From contig JAFABA010000121.1 in NCBI GenBank assembly GCA_023426265.1, forward strand, positions 1 to 53,696: a stretch of DNA of 53,696 bases. Reading direction: 5' to 3'. This stretch comes from Bacillota bacterium. Lineage in GTDB: Bacteria; Bacillota; Clostridia; Christensenellales; CAG-138. Below are positions 9,286 through 17,749 of this stretch, piece after piece. The stretch's first letter is position 1. Each line of letters begins with the position of its first letter. Under the pieces are notes generated by a model, which saw only the letters and a program-made list of their open reading frames with translations, had not been told where the DNA came from and searched no databases. Made by a program: the position numbers and the translations under genes.

Positions 9286-10359
9286 TCAATTATTGACGAT
9301 TTCGAGTATGGTCACATGCAACTTGGAAAAATCCTGCGCCAGATTGATGTACTCCTCTGTCGGCTTGCCATCCTTTATGATGCGAACGCGGGGTCGCAGG
9401 CAGTTGGTTTCAAAATTCGTGACCACCACGGCGAGCTCCCCGGTGCTCAGTTTGACGCAGGTGCCGATGGGGTAGGGGGCAACGCGTTTGGTGAATGCGG
9501 ATACGATATCCGGGTCGAACATGGTGTTGTAACCGCACATGATATACTCCACCGCGTCGGAAGGCAGCATTGCCCTGCGGTAGGGCCTGTCCGATATCAG
9601 GGCGTCATATACGTCCGCAATGCAGACGATGCGGCTGAATAGGTTGATCTGCGAGCCGGAAAGGCCGGAAGGATAACCGGAGCCGCTGAACTGCTCATGG
9701 TGCATCAAAGCCACAAGGCGGGCGTCTTCGGGTATGCTCTTGTTCGCGCAGAGGTAGTTGTAACCCAAAAGGCTGTGCCGCTTGGCCTGGTCCAGTTCTT
9801 CGGGCGACAGCTTGCCCGGTTTGTTGATGATGCGCTTGTCGATAAACACCTTGCCGATGTCATGCATTAGCGCGCCCAGAGTCAGGTTGTTGAGCGCCCG
9901 GTAGGAGAGCCCAAGCACTGTGCCGATCACGCAGGAAAGCACCGCGACGTTGATGCTATGGCTGAACGTATAATCGTCATAAGTGCGGATATCCACGATG
10001 TTTACCATGGTGTTGCGGTTGTGCATGATCTCCTCCACCATGTTGGAGATCACGTCGCGCAGCCGGTCGGTGTTAGAGAGCACCTTGCGCCCGCGGCTGT
10101 TTTCCGCTTCCACGAACATGGCCCGTACTTCCTGCTTGGCCCGCTGCTTGAGTTCGTCGCTGATAACGTGTGCGATCTGGATGTCGGAGGAGATGTCGTC
10201 GTCGATATATACGCCCTGAAAGCCCAGTTGCCGGATTTTGAGTATTTGGGATGCGGTGAGCGCCATTCCCTTCCGCAACAGCAGCCTGTTGCGGTCAAGC
10301 ACCAAATTGTTGGCCAGAACCTGCCCGACACGCAGACAGTTTGAGGGAATATATCTCAT
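9286..10359 (-). CDS. HD-GYP domain protein (putative c-di-GMP phosphodiesterase)
   Basis: It has HSINVAVL, LMHDIGK, HHEQFSGSGYPSGL and DVYDALISDRPYR, which are the HD-GYP signature. The ATG at 10359 has an AAGGGAGA RBS. It is the last gene of the che operon. Confidence 0.85.
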   Translation of the reverse strand: MRYIPSNCLRVGQVLANNLVLDRNRLLLRKGMALTASQILKIRQLGFQGVYIDDDISSDIQIAHVISDELKQRAKQEVRAMFVEAENSRGRKVLSNTDRLRDVISNMVEEIMHNRNTMVNIVDIRTYDDYTFSHSINVAVLSCVIGTVLGLSYRALNNLTLGALMHDIGKVFIDKRIINKPGKLSPEELDQAKRHSLLGYNYLCANKSIPEDARLVALMHHEQFSGSGYPSGLSGSQINLFSRIVCIADVYDALISDRPYRRAMLPSDAVEYIMCGYNTMFDPDIVSAFTKRVAPYPIGTCVKLSTGELAVVVTNFETNCLRPRVRIIKDGKPTEEYINLAQDFSKLHVTILEIVNN

Positions 10360-10449
10360 ACCCAATCTCCCTTAATACGCTCAAAAAACGGCAGGCAGGA
10401 TAAAATGTTCGTAACTACAATCATCCAACATGCCGTATATATTCTCATT

Positions 10450-12462
10450 TTATTCCAAAAGCCCAGTCACGTCAAGAATGAGGCTGACGCTGCCGTCCCC
10501 CAGTATGGTGCAGCCCGAAATGCCGTTCTGCCAGCCCAGGGAACGCGTGACATAAGGGGGCAGGGGTTTGATGACGGTCTGCTGCTCGCCGATGAGGCCA
10601 TCCACAAACAGGCAGTAACTGCGCTGGTCGCCTTCGAGCACCACAAGTATGCCGTTTTCAAATTCCGTTTCCGCACCCTCTATCCCAAAGAGCCGGTGCA
10701 GCCGGACGATGGGGTAGCACTTGCCGCGGATCAATATCATTTCGTTGCCGTCCGGGTCCTTGAACACCTCGCCGGGAGAGGACTTGAAGGATTTCATAAT
10801 GCTCAAAAGCGGCAATATGAATATCGAACCGCCCACGGAAACCTGCATGCCGGTGATGATGGCCAATGTCAGCGGGATGCGGAACTGCACGCTCATGCCC
10901 TTGCCGGGGACGCTGTCCACCGAAATCGTGCCGCCCATTTTCTCCACGTTGCGCTGCACCACGTCCATGCCCACGCCGCGCCCGGAGAATTCCGTAACCA
11001 CCTGGTTGGTGGAAAAACCCGGCGCGAATATGAGGGAATAGACTTCCTTATCCGTCATTTCGCTTTCCGGCTTCTTGACCAGGCCGACGTCAATTCCTTT
11101 TTTGAGTATCTTTTCACGGTCCAGACCTTGCCCGTCGTCGGATACGACAATCAGCACCTCGCCGCCGTTGTTGCGGGCATCCACGGTGATGCGCCCTGTT
11201 TCGGGCTTGCCCTTTTGCCGCCTTACGGCGGGCTCCTCTATGCCGTGGTCGATGGCGTTGCGGATGATGTGCATGAGCGGATCGCCAAGGTTGTCGATTA
11301 CGCTCTTGTCCATTTCCGTATCTTCACCGCTGATCTTTAGTTCCGCTTTCTTGTCCGTTTTTTTGCAGATATCGCGCAAAATGCGCTCCAGGCGGTGGAG
11401 GGTGGCGGATATGGGCATCATGCGGATGGACATTACGGTATCCTGCAGCTCGTCGGTCAATTTCCGAAGCTGGCGCGACGCTTTTTCGAACGATTCAACG
11501 CGCAGTTTCACAACCTCCGGATTCTTGGTGACGGTGGATTCCGCGATGACGATCTCGCCCACAAGGTCCATCAGCTTGTCCAGCTTTTCAAGCCGCACGC
11601 TCATAAAATTCTGCTTCTGGTGGGCGGCGGCTTGCTCCGTCGCCTGCCCGTTTTCTTCGGCGGGATTTGCGCTTTGTACGGCAGTGGCATGCCCGGCTTC
11701 CTGCTTTTCTGTGACTTCGGTTAAGGAAAATGATGCGAGAAAGAAGTTTGAGGATATTTTTTCTTCCAGCAACTCCCGTGTGGAGGAGGAGATCAATGTC
11801 ATGACGAAGCCGTGCTCTACGATATCTTCCTCGCTGCCGTCCTGTAAAACGTCCGCGGGGACGGTTGTAATGGAACTAACGTATGGCTCAACGGATTTTA
11901 TCACGCCGAACGCGCGTACGTTTTCCATTTTGCAGCCTTTTTCAAACCGGATTTTTACCTCGTACCGTTTTTCACCCGCTCCGGCTTCCGCAGCAGGCGC
12001 GGATGCAGTTGGGCTTGCGGTTGCGGCAGGCAAGTCTGTTTCCTGGGGTCCGCTCGTGCCCCCGTTTTTCAATTCCTTGTGATAGCGCGCAATTTCACCG
12101 AGCAGTTCCTTCGGATCCTTATCCGGCAATATACCGTCCTGAAGGCGCTCGATTTCATTTTTCAAAAAATCCTGCGCGGAGAACACAAGATCGCACACTT
12201 TGCGGTGGTCGTATTTCTTTGCCCTGTTGTCCCGGATAAAGGAGAACAGGTCTTCCATCGCGTGGGACAGGCGCGTCAGCCCGTCATAGCCCATCATGCC
12301 GCTGGAACCTTTTACGGTATGAAGAATACGGAATATGGCATCCACCTGCACCTCAGTAAAGCCATCCGCTTTCTCTGCGGTGAGCATATGGGTCTCCAAT
12401 TGGTCCAGTAACTGGAGGTTTTCAAAAATGTATACCTCTAAAAGGGAGTCGGACTGGGACAT
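10450..12462 (-). CDS. cheA: Chemotaxis histidine kinase CheA
   Basis: 670 aa. Elements seen are an HPt domain (FRILHTVKGSSGMMG), a dimerisation/H-box region, an HATPase (DHGIE...GRGVGMDVV) and a C-terminal CheW-like domain. Confidence 0.95.
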   Translation of the reverse strand: MSQSDSLLEVYIFENLQLLDQLETHMLTAEKADGFTEVQVDAIFRILHTVKGSSGMMGYDGLTRLSHAMEDLFSFIRDNRAKKYDHRKVCDLVFSAQDFLKNEIERLQDGILPDKDPKELLGEIARYHKELKNGGTSGPQETDLPAATASPTASAPAAEAGAGEKRYEVKIRFEKGCKMENVRAFGVIKSVEPYVSSITTVPADVLQDGSEEDIVEHGFVMTLISSSTRELLEEKISSNFFLASFSLTEVTEKQEAGHATAVQSANPAEENGQATEQAAAHQKQNFMSVRLEKLDKLMDLVGEIVIAESTVTKNPEVVKLRVESFEKASRQLRKLTDELQDTVMSIRMMPISATLHRLERILRDICKKTDKKAELKISGEDTEMDKSVIDNLGDPLMHIIRNAIDHGIEEPAVRRQKGKPETGRITVDARNNGGEVLIVVSDDGQGLDREKILKKGIDVGLVKKPESEMTDKEVYSLIFAPGFSTNQVVTEFSGRGVGMDVVQRNVEKMGGTISVDSVPGKGMSVQFRIPLTLAIITGMQVSVGGSIFILPLLSIMKSFKSSPGEVFKDPDGNEMILIRGKCYPIVRLHRLFGIEGAETEFENGILVVLEGDQRSYCLFVDGLIGEQQTVIKPLPPYVTRSLGWQNGISGCTILGDGSVSLILDVTGLLE

Positions 12463-12509
12463 ACGGACACCTCTCTCCTATGTGCTCTTGCGTTCCAAAA
12501 AGGGAACGG

Positions 12510-12866
12510 TTATTTAATGTTATTGAGCGCGCCTACAATGACGTCTTCTTTAAACGGCTTTACAATAAAACCCTTGGCTCCGGCGATGATAGCTTCGCGA
12601 ACCATGGTCTCCTGGCCCATGGCGGATACCATTACCACATTGGCGCCCGGCTGGAACGCAAGGATCTGCTTCAGGCTGGAAAGGCCGTCCATCTCAGGCA
12701 TGGTGATGTCCATGGTGACGATGTCCGGGGTGAGTTCCTTGTACCGCTGCAAGGCAACTTCGCCGTTTTCGGCTTCGCCGCAGACCTCGTACCCATGCTT
12801 TGTCAGGATATTCTTGATGGATATCCTCATGAACGCCGCATCATCCACTACCAGTACTCTTTTCAT
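12510..12866 (-). CDS. cheY: Chemotaxis response regulator CheY
   Basis: Single receiver domain: MKRVLVVDDAAFMR...DIVTMDITMPEMDG...VVMVSAMG...GAKGFIVKPF. An AGGAGGAG RBS sits before the ATG at 12866. Confidence 0.9.
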   Translation of the reverse strand: MKRVLVVDDAAFMRISIKNILTKHGYEVCGEAENGEVALQRYKELTPDIVTMDITMPEMDGLSSLKQILAFQPGANVVMVSAMGQETMVREAIIAGAKGFIVKPFKEDVIVGALNNIK

Positions 12867-12923
12867 GTTGCTCCTCCTGCTGTAAAAGCAATTTCTTCTA
12901 TATATAAGCAATAAGTGTTGTTG

Positions 12924-13409
12924 TCAAAGAATTTTTTCGGTTTTCGGCCATGCTGTGCGTATCAGCAGCGCCCCTGTGTCGCAGTCAAACACGATCGTCC
13001 GCCCCACGTTGCCTCCCGTATCCTCGGCCAGTATGGAAATGCACCGCAATTTCAACACCTCGCGGCACATATCCACGTTCCGTTTGCCGACTTGCATGAT
13101 ATCGCTGCCGTTGTTCGCAAAGAACATGCTGGCGCCCCCGGCAAGCTTGGCCGTGAGCATATGCGGCGCGGCACCGTTTGCCGCAAGACGGCTGATGAGT
13201 TCGTCTATCGCGGTATCGGCGTACTTGGCCTTTTGTACGGATGCGCCTTCCGCGGGCGCTTTGGGGAGCAGGATGTGGGAAAGGCCGCCGATCCTGCGCA
13301 CCCTGTCGTACAGTACGATCCCCACACAGGAGCCCAGTCCGAGCGTGGTCAATGTATCCGGCGCTTTTGCAAGCGCCATGTCTGCAATACCGATGATTGT
13401 ATTCGCCAT
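12924..13409 (-). CDS. cheD: Chemoreceptor glutamine deamidase CheD
   Basis: 161 aa. The motifs LTTLGLGSCVGIVLYD and HILLP are typical CheD. Confidence 0.9.
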   Translation of the reverse strand: MANTIIGIADMALAKAPDTLTTLGLGSCVGIVLYDRVRRIGGLSHILLPKAPAEGASVQKAKYADTAIDELISRLAANGAAPHMLTAKLAGGASMFFANNGSDIMQVGKRNVDMCREVLKLRCISILAEDTGGNVGRTIVFDCDTGALLIRTAWPKTEKIL

Positions 13410-13410
13410 A

Positions 13411-14070
13411 CTATAAAAGGCCCATCTTCCTCATCATTAAAGTCTGCGATTCGATATCGGGCATCAGGAAGAAGCGGCCGGACACATATTTGTCGAAATC
13501 CACAAGTACCGTTTCAAGCATCAGTATCGTATCGCCGGAAGCTCCGTACATGACTGCAGGCAAATTCATAAGCGCGCCCGCCATGTCAATAACAAGGCCG
13601 GGTACGGAACTATTGATATAAAGGCCGGTCAGCGTGGCTATCGCGTTGATGTACGAGCAGCACAGGATGTTGGCAATCTCCATCAGCGCGGAATGCTGCA
13701 GGTCGGAAGGGAACGGGATATTTTTGTCGTTCTCCACGCCCAGCATTTCAATGAGCATGTCCGACATCGCGATCGAATCCTCGAGCGGCTGTACAAACAG
13801 GATGGCGCCGGTGATATCGCCCGACATTTCCACCAGGGAACCGGTCATGATCTGCTCGGCGTCGCCCAACAGCGTCCCCATATCCTCCAGCGAGCAGAAC
13901 CAGGCCTTGGGAACCCGAATATCGATGGGGCGGTTGAGCATTCCGGCCAGAGCCGTGGCCGCGTTCGCCGCGCCGATATTTTCAAGTTCCTTTAGAAAAT
14001 CCAGCTGTATCTCATTTATTTCGCCGGGTTTTATGAAAACCACCCTCCCTGCCGCCATCCCTGTGGACAT
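13411..14070 (-). CDS. cheC: CheY-P phosphatase CheC
   Basis: The duplicated CheC motif is present (LKELENIGAANAATALAGML and ALMEIANILCCSYINAIATL). It lies adjacent to cheD. Confidence 0.85.
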   Translation of the reverse strand: MSTGMAAGRVVFIKPGEINEIQLDFLKELENIGAANAATALAGMLNRPIDIRVPKAWFCSLEDMGTLLGDAEQIMTGSLVEMSGDITGAILFVQPLEDSIAMSDMLIEMLGVENDKNIPFPSDLQHSALMEIANILCCSYINAIATLTGLYINSSVPGLVIDMAGALMNLPAVMYGASGDTILMLETVLVDFDKYVSGRFFLMPDIESQTLMMRKMGLL

Positions 14071-14141
14071 TTGCGGCTATACGATGCGGCCGACATCCAT
14101 TTTTGCGCATAGTACGGCCATTGTGTTTCGTGCTATTCTAT

Positions 14142-14168
14142 ATATCGTCATTTCATTCGGAAGCGTTA
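14142..14168 (-). promoter_or_regulatory. Candidate sigma-28 (SigD/FliA)-type promoter of the cheC-cheD-cheY-cheA-HD-GYP operon
   Basis: The minus strand reads TAAC-N15-GACGATAT, compared with the consensus TAAA-N15-GCCGATAT. It shares the 15-mer AAATGACGATATATA with the cheR upstream region. Confidence 0.45.
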
Positions 14169-14251
14169 ACAGTTCTTTAATACTTTTTGGCGAAATCTCG
14201 GAGAATACCGCATATGGCGCGAAAGGAAAGGATTCCGGGGACAAAAGGCAT

Positions 14252-14278
14252 TAATATCCCGGCTAAAAATGCCGATAC
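14252..14278 (+). promoter_or_regulatory. Candidate sigma-28-type promoter upstream of the fliK-like operon
   Basis: TAAT-N15-GCCGATAC (7/8 match to the -10 consensus GCCGATAT), about 160 nt upstream of the ATG at 14436. Confidence 0.45.
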
Positions 14279-14435
14279 AAGTACCATCGGCGCGCGAATG
14301 CCTGGCAGGACGCCATCATAGGTTGAGCGCGAAGTACTTCCAGCCAAGGCCCCAAAAGGCACGGCCGGCGCATCCACCATATCGATTTGGCGATATAGGC
14401 GTTCGGATATTTGAAATAAAAAAACGAGGACCGCC

Positions 14436-16379
14436 ATGAGAATAACGCTCACTCAGGAAATCGCGTCTTCCTCCGCCGCAAAAGCGCCGCAAAACCCGCT
14501 TACAATCGGGCAGGGAGAGGTTATCCGCGCGACTGTCGTTTCCGTAGAGGGGGAGAACGTATCCCTCAAAACGGAGGACGGGCGCGTATTCAGCGCGCGC
14601 CTTCAGCCGGGCACCGTCCTGATGGAACACGATACGGTTGAGCTGATGGCGGGAGGCGAGCGGCAACAGCCGGTGCTTCGCGTGGTGTTCGTGGAACCGG
14701 GCCGGAGCGGCATCTCCGCGCGGGAAGCGGCCGCGGCAACCACACAGGCCGCGCTGACACAGCAGCTGAAAGAAGCGTTTGGGCAGATGAACCTGAAACC
14801 CACGCCCAAGCTCGTCTCCCTCGCCGCGGAAATTTTGAGAAACTACCCGATAGACGCCGGAACGGCTGCGTTTTTTGCCGCAAACAACATACCGGCAACA
14901 AATGAAAGCATCCGCGCGTTTAGGTCCATTCTGAACGGCAAACAATTCGGCACGGCCTTTTATGAAGTCGCGCAAGGTACCGCTTCCGCGCTCGGGCAGG
15001 CCGCTGCAGTTGCGGCGGCAGAACATATCCAAACGCCCCTTCTGCAAAGCCAGCCGGACAGTTCCGCACAGCCCAACCCGGCGGGCCGGCCCGCTGCAGC
15101 GCAGGAAGGGCAATCCGGCATTCTTCAGGCTGTGCAGATCGAAACAAGCGCTGCGTTGCAGGGACAGCAAGCGCAGGCCATTCCGCAGCAAGGAGATACG
15201 GCGTTAATCCAGGCGGAAGGCCAGGCACAGATTTTAACCGGGCAGCAGCAGATTGAGGCGGGCCAACCGCAGGGTCAGACCCCGGCGCAGCCACAGGCGG
15301 AGGGCGCTCCCGTAACCGGGCAGGAGAAGCCTGTATTATCCATGGCGGAAGAACCGACTGCCGGAAAAGAACAGATCCAGCCGCAGGCGCAGGGTACATT
15401 GCGGCCGCAGGAAGCTCCGGCAATGGAGAAGCCCGCCCTGGCCTTGCAGGGAGAACCGGTTTCCGGAGTGGGCAAAGAGCAGCCTCAGGCCCCGGGCAAA
15501 GAGACGGTCGCTCCCGCGCCCGAACAACCCGTATTGGAGGGGAAGGCAGCTGCTGGTACTGCGGCGGAACAAATCCAGCCTCAAAAGGCGGCTGCCGGGC
15601 GACCGGACACACAGAAATCGCAGGAAGGTGTTTTGACGATGACCGATGCGGCACAGCCCGGACCGGAGCAGGCGGGCGTCGGCGATACGGTTGCGCATAA
15701 TACGGAAACAGCGCCCAATCCCGATTTTGCGCTCGAAGAATCCTCCAATTTCCAAAACGCGGCGAAGAGCGAAGAAAAGGCGGTTCTAAAGCAGCTGCTG
15801 GAGCTGTTCGCGAAAGCGGGGGAGGACCTTGATGCGCAAACATTGAAAAAATCCGTGGAAGAAACGCCCCAAAAGCTTTTGGAGCTTCAGAAGCTGATTA
15901 AAAATACCGATATCCATACGCAGGAGACCCTCGCCTCCCGTTTTCAGGAACTCACCGCGCAGGCCAAGCTTGCGGAGGACATTTCCCGGTTTGTGTTTGT
16001 GCAGATTCCCATCCATCTCAAAGAGTACGGATCGGCGGAGCTTTACATCTATAAAAGGAACCGGAGGGAAAAGGGCGCGGAGCGGCAAAGTACATCCGTG
16101 GTGCTGGGGCTCTCCACGCAGAACCTGGGCCGGGTGGAAGCCATGCTGCGCATGGAAAACCGCGATCTTTCCCTGGACATTAGGGTGCAGAATGAAAAAA
16201 CGCTCGCGGCTTTTCGGGAGAACTCCGGCGAACTGCAACGCTCTTTTTCGGAACTTCGCTTTCAGTTAAAGGAATATAAGGTCTCGCCGCTTCGGGAAAA
16301 AACGACGCCGCTCAACGTGGAAGAAAAACTGGTACGGATGCATGCGCCCTCCGGCGCCGGCGTGGATGTGATGATATGA
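14436..16379 (+). CDS. Flagellar hook-length control protein FliK-like
   Basis: 647 aa. A long Gln/Pro/Ala-rich low-complexity centre fits a ruler-like region. The C-terminal segment (VLGLSTQNLGRVEAMLRMENRDLSLDIRVQNEKTLAAFRENSGELQRSFSEL) resembles the Flg_hook/FliK C-domain. An ACGAGGA RBS is present, and the gene is followed by a FlhB-C-like gene. Confidence 0.6.
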   Translation: MRITLTQEIASSSAAKAPQNPLTIGQGEVIRATVVSVEGENVSLKTEDGRVFSARLQPGTVLMEHDTVELMAGGERQQPVLRVVFVEPGRSGISAREAAAATTQAALTQQLKEAFGQMNLKPTPKLVSLAAEILRNYPIDAGTAAFFAANNIPATNESIRAFRSILNGKQFGTAFYEVAQGTASALGQAAAVAAAEHIQTPLLQSQPDSSAQPNPAGRPAAAQEGQSGILQAVQIETSAALQGQQAQAIPQQGDTALIQAEGQAQILTGQQQIEAGQPQGQTPAQPQAEGAPVTGQEKPVLSMAEEPTAGKEQIQPQAQGTLRPQEAPAMEKPALALQGEPVSGVGKEQPQAPGKETVAPAPEQPVLEGKAAAGTAAEQIQPQKAAAGRPDTQKSQEGVLTMTDAAQPGPEQAGVGDTVAHNTETAPNPDFALEESSNFQNAAKSEEKAVLKQLLELFAKAGEDLDAQTLKKSVEETPQKLLELQKLIKNTDIHTQETLASRFQELTAQAKLAEDISRFVFVQIPIHLKEYGSAELYIYKRNRREKGAERQSTSVVLGLSTQNLGRVEAMLRMENRDLSLDIRVQNEKTLAAFRENSGELQRSFSELRFQLKEYKVSPLREKTTPLNVEEKLVRMHAPSGAGVDVMI

Positions 16380-16693
16380 GCGAAAACCAGAAGCCGGATG
16401 CGCAGGCGGCAGCGCTCAAATACGACATGGGCAGGGACAACGCCCCTTTGATTGTGGGCCTGGGGCAGGGCTATGTCGCGCAAAAGATGCTTGAGACCGC
16501 AGAAGAAAATAAAATCCCCATCGTGGAGGACGAGTCGCTCCTCTCCGTTTTGAACCGGTTCAGCACGGGCGATGAAATTCCGGAGGAACTCTACCAGGTG
16601 GTAGCACAGGTGCTTGTATTTATCGGCAAGCTGGACGGCAGCACGCCAAAGCGCTATCAACTATCAGACATACAAAAAGGAATGTACAGATGA
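16376..16693 (+). CDS. Stand-alone FlhB C-terminal-domain protein (EscU/YscU/HrcU switch-domain family, YlqH-like)
   Basis: 105 aa. It aligns by eye to the post-NPTH part of the full-length FlhB in this window: AAALKYDMGRDNAPLIVGLGQGYVAQKMLE..IPIVED..L...L......IPEELYQVVAQVL versus AVALSYKEGVNGAPVVVAKGQDFLARRIKE..VEIVEN..LARNL...IGDEVPEDLYQAVAEIL. Confidence 0.8.
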   Translation: MSENQKPDAQAAALKYDMGRDNAPLIVGLGQGYVAQKMLETAEENKIPIVEDESLLSVLNRFSTGDEIPEELYQVVAQVLVFIGKLDGSTPKRYQLSDIQKGMYR

Positions 16694-17730
16694 CAGTTTC
16701 CGTCAACCCGCTTATTCCCACCCCCAATACGGTAGGTACGGGGAAGGCGTCTTCCGGCGCAAATTCCGCCGCGTTTTCAGCGCTGCTTTCCGCACAGCTT
16801 TCGGAACAGCTTTCCGGGCTGAGGTTTGATGGCGCTGAAGGAGGCGAAGGAATTGCCTCCGCGGAAAGTACCGCCATGCTCGCGCAGGTGCCCGCGCTTC
16901 TTTCCTCGGCGGGGGAAGAAGGGGGGGACTTAAAGAGCGCCGTCATGCTGTTTTTCATGATGATGGGCACGGGCGCTTCCGCAAGCTCCATGGGGGCGGC
17001 CATGTCCAGCCTTTCGGCGGCTCTTACAAACAGTTCCGCGGATACGCTGGAAAATATGCGCTTCGACGTATTGAACGGGCTGGTTTCGGGCGGATATGAC
17101 CGTGCCGGGCTCCAGCGCGCAAACGATATGGTGTTTGGCGGCAGTTCAAACGAGGCGGTAACGCCGTTTTCCGCCTCAAAACCCGCAAACCCAATCATTA
17201 CGAGCCAGCAGGGCAATCGAAGCGCCGGACGTTACCGCAGCGTCATCGACCAGTTTCAGGTGCCGGCAAACCCGCGCTACGCCGTCAATAAAAACGGAAA
17301 CAACGATACGTACTGCAACATATTCCTCTGGGACGTCACCAAGGCCATGGGCGCGGAAATTCCCCATTATGTCGATCCCGTCACGCAGGAAGCCCGGGCA
17401 TATCCCGATGTGAGCGGCGCGAAGGAACTCAACGCCAACGGCATATACGACTGGCTGGGAGCCAAAGGCGCCGACTACGGCTGGGTGCAGGTCACGCCGG
17501 AACAGGCGCAGCAATACGCGAACCAGGGCTTTCCCGTCGTCACGGCATGGAAAAATACGGAGGGTGGCCACGGGCATGTGCAGGTCGTTTCTCCATCCAA
17601 TGACGGGCAATACGACCCTTCCCGCGGCGTGATGATCGCCCAGGCGGGGAGGACACTCACCAATTATGCGCCCATCACCGATATCTACAGCGAAAGCCTA
17701 GGGAGCGTAGTCTATTACGCGCATGCGTAA
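16690..17730 (+). CDS. Hypothetical protein: disordered Ala/Ser/Gly-rich N-half plus C-terminal Cys/His (papain-like amidase-like) domain
   Basis: 346 aa with a 4-nt overlap with the upstream gene and no signal peptide. NDTYCNIFLWDVTKAMG and, about 85 aa later, EGGHGHVQVVSP look like a nucleophile Cys / general-base His pair of CHAP/NlpC-P60-type enzymes. The family assignment is not verified. Confidence 0.4.
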   Translation: MTVSVNPLIPTPNTVGTGKASSGANSAAFSALLSAQLSEQLSGLRFDGAEGGEGIASAESTAMLAQVPALLSSAGEEGGDLKSAVMLFFMMMGTGASASSMGAAMSSLSAALTNSSADTLENMRFDVLNGLVSGGYDRAGLQRANDMVFGGSSNEAVTPFSASKPANPIITSQQGNRSAGRYRSVIDQFQVPANPRYAVNKNGNNDTYCNIFLWDVTKAMGAEIPHYVDPVTQEARAYPDVSGAKELNANGIYDWLGAKGADYGWVQVTPEQAQQYANQGFPVVTAWKNTEGGHGHVQVVSPSNDGQYDPSRGVMIAQAGRTLTNYAPITDIYSESLGSVVYYAHA

Positions 17731-17749
17731 TGCAAAAGAAAACTTTTCC

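Noticed and set aside
10405-12082. Long plus-strand ORFs (10405-11340, 11075-12082) opposite cheA. Similar antisense ORFs occur elsewhere, for example 14316-15191(-), 14920-15843(-), 18415-19479(-), 22612-23514(-), 22925-23803(-), 43336-44304(-), 52312-53337(-) and 3081-3845(-).
   Set aside because: They lie entirely within, and antisense or out of frame to, genes with unmistakable homology (cheA, fliK-like, fliD, cheB, rnfC, dehydrogenase, araD). Their translations are Arg/Ala/Gly/His-rich low-information sequence typical of shadow ORFs in high-GC DNA, and they lack RBSs.
14177-14452. A 91-aa minus-strand ORF in the cheC / fliK-like divergent region, with hydrophobic stretches that could pass for a small membrane protein.
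   Set aside because: It has a GTG start without any Shine-Dalgarno. It overlaps the well-supported fliK-like start and the candidate sigma-28 promoter at 14252-14278, and no family resemblance was seen. It is most likely non-coding promoter DNA, though a real small protein cannot be excluded without expression data.
15000-15700. Repetitive-looking Gln/Pro/Ala-coding DNA (CAG/CCG/GCG-rich) that might be mistaken for a tandem repeat or CRISPR-like array.
   Set aside because: It has no regular repeat-spacer periodicity and stays in one open frame of the FliK-like gene. This is low-complexity ruler-like coding sequence, not an array.
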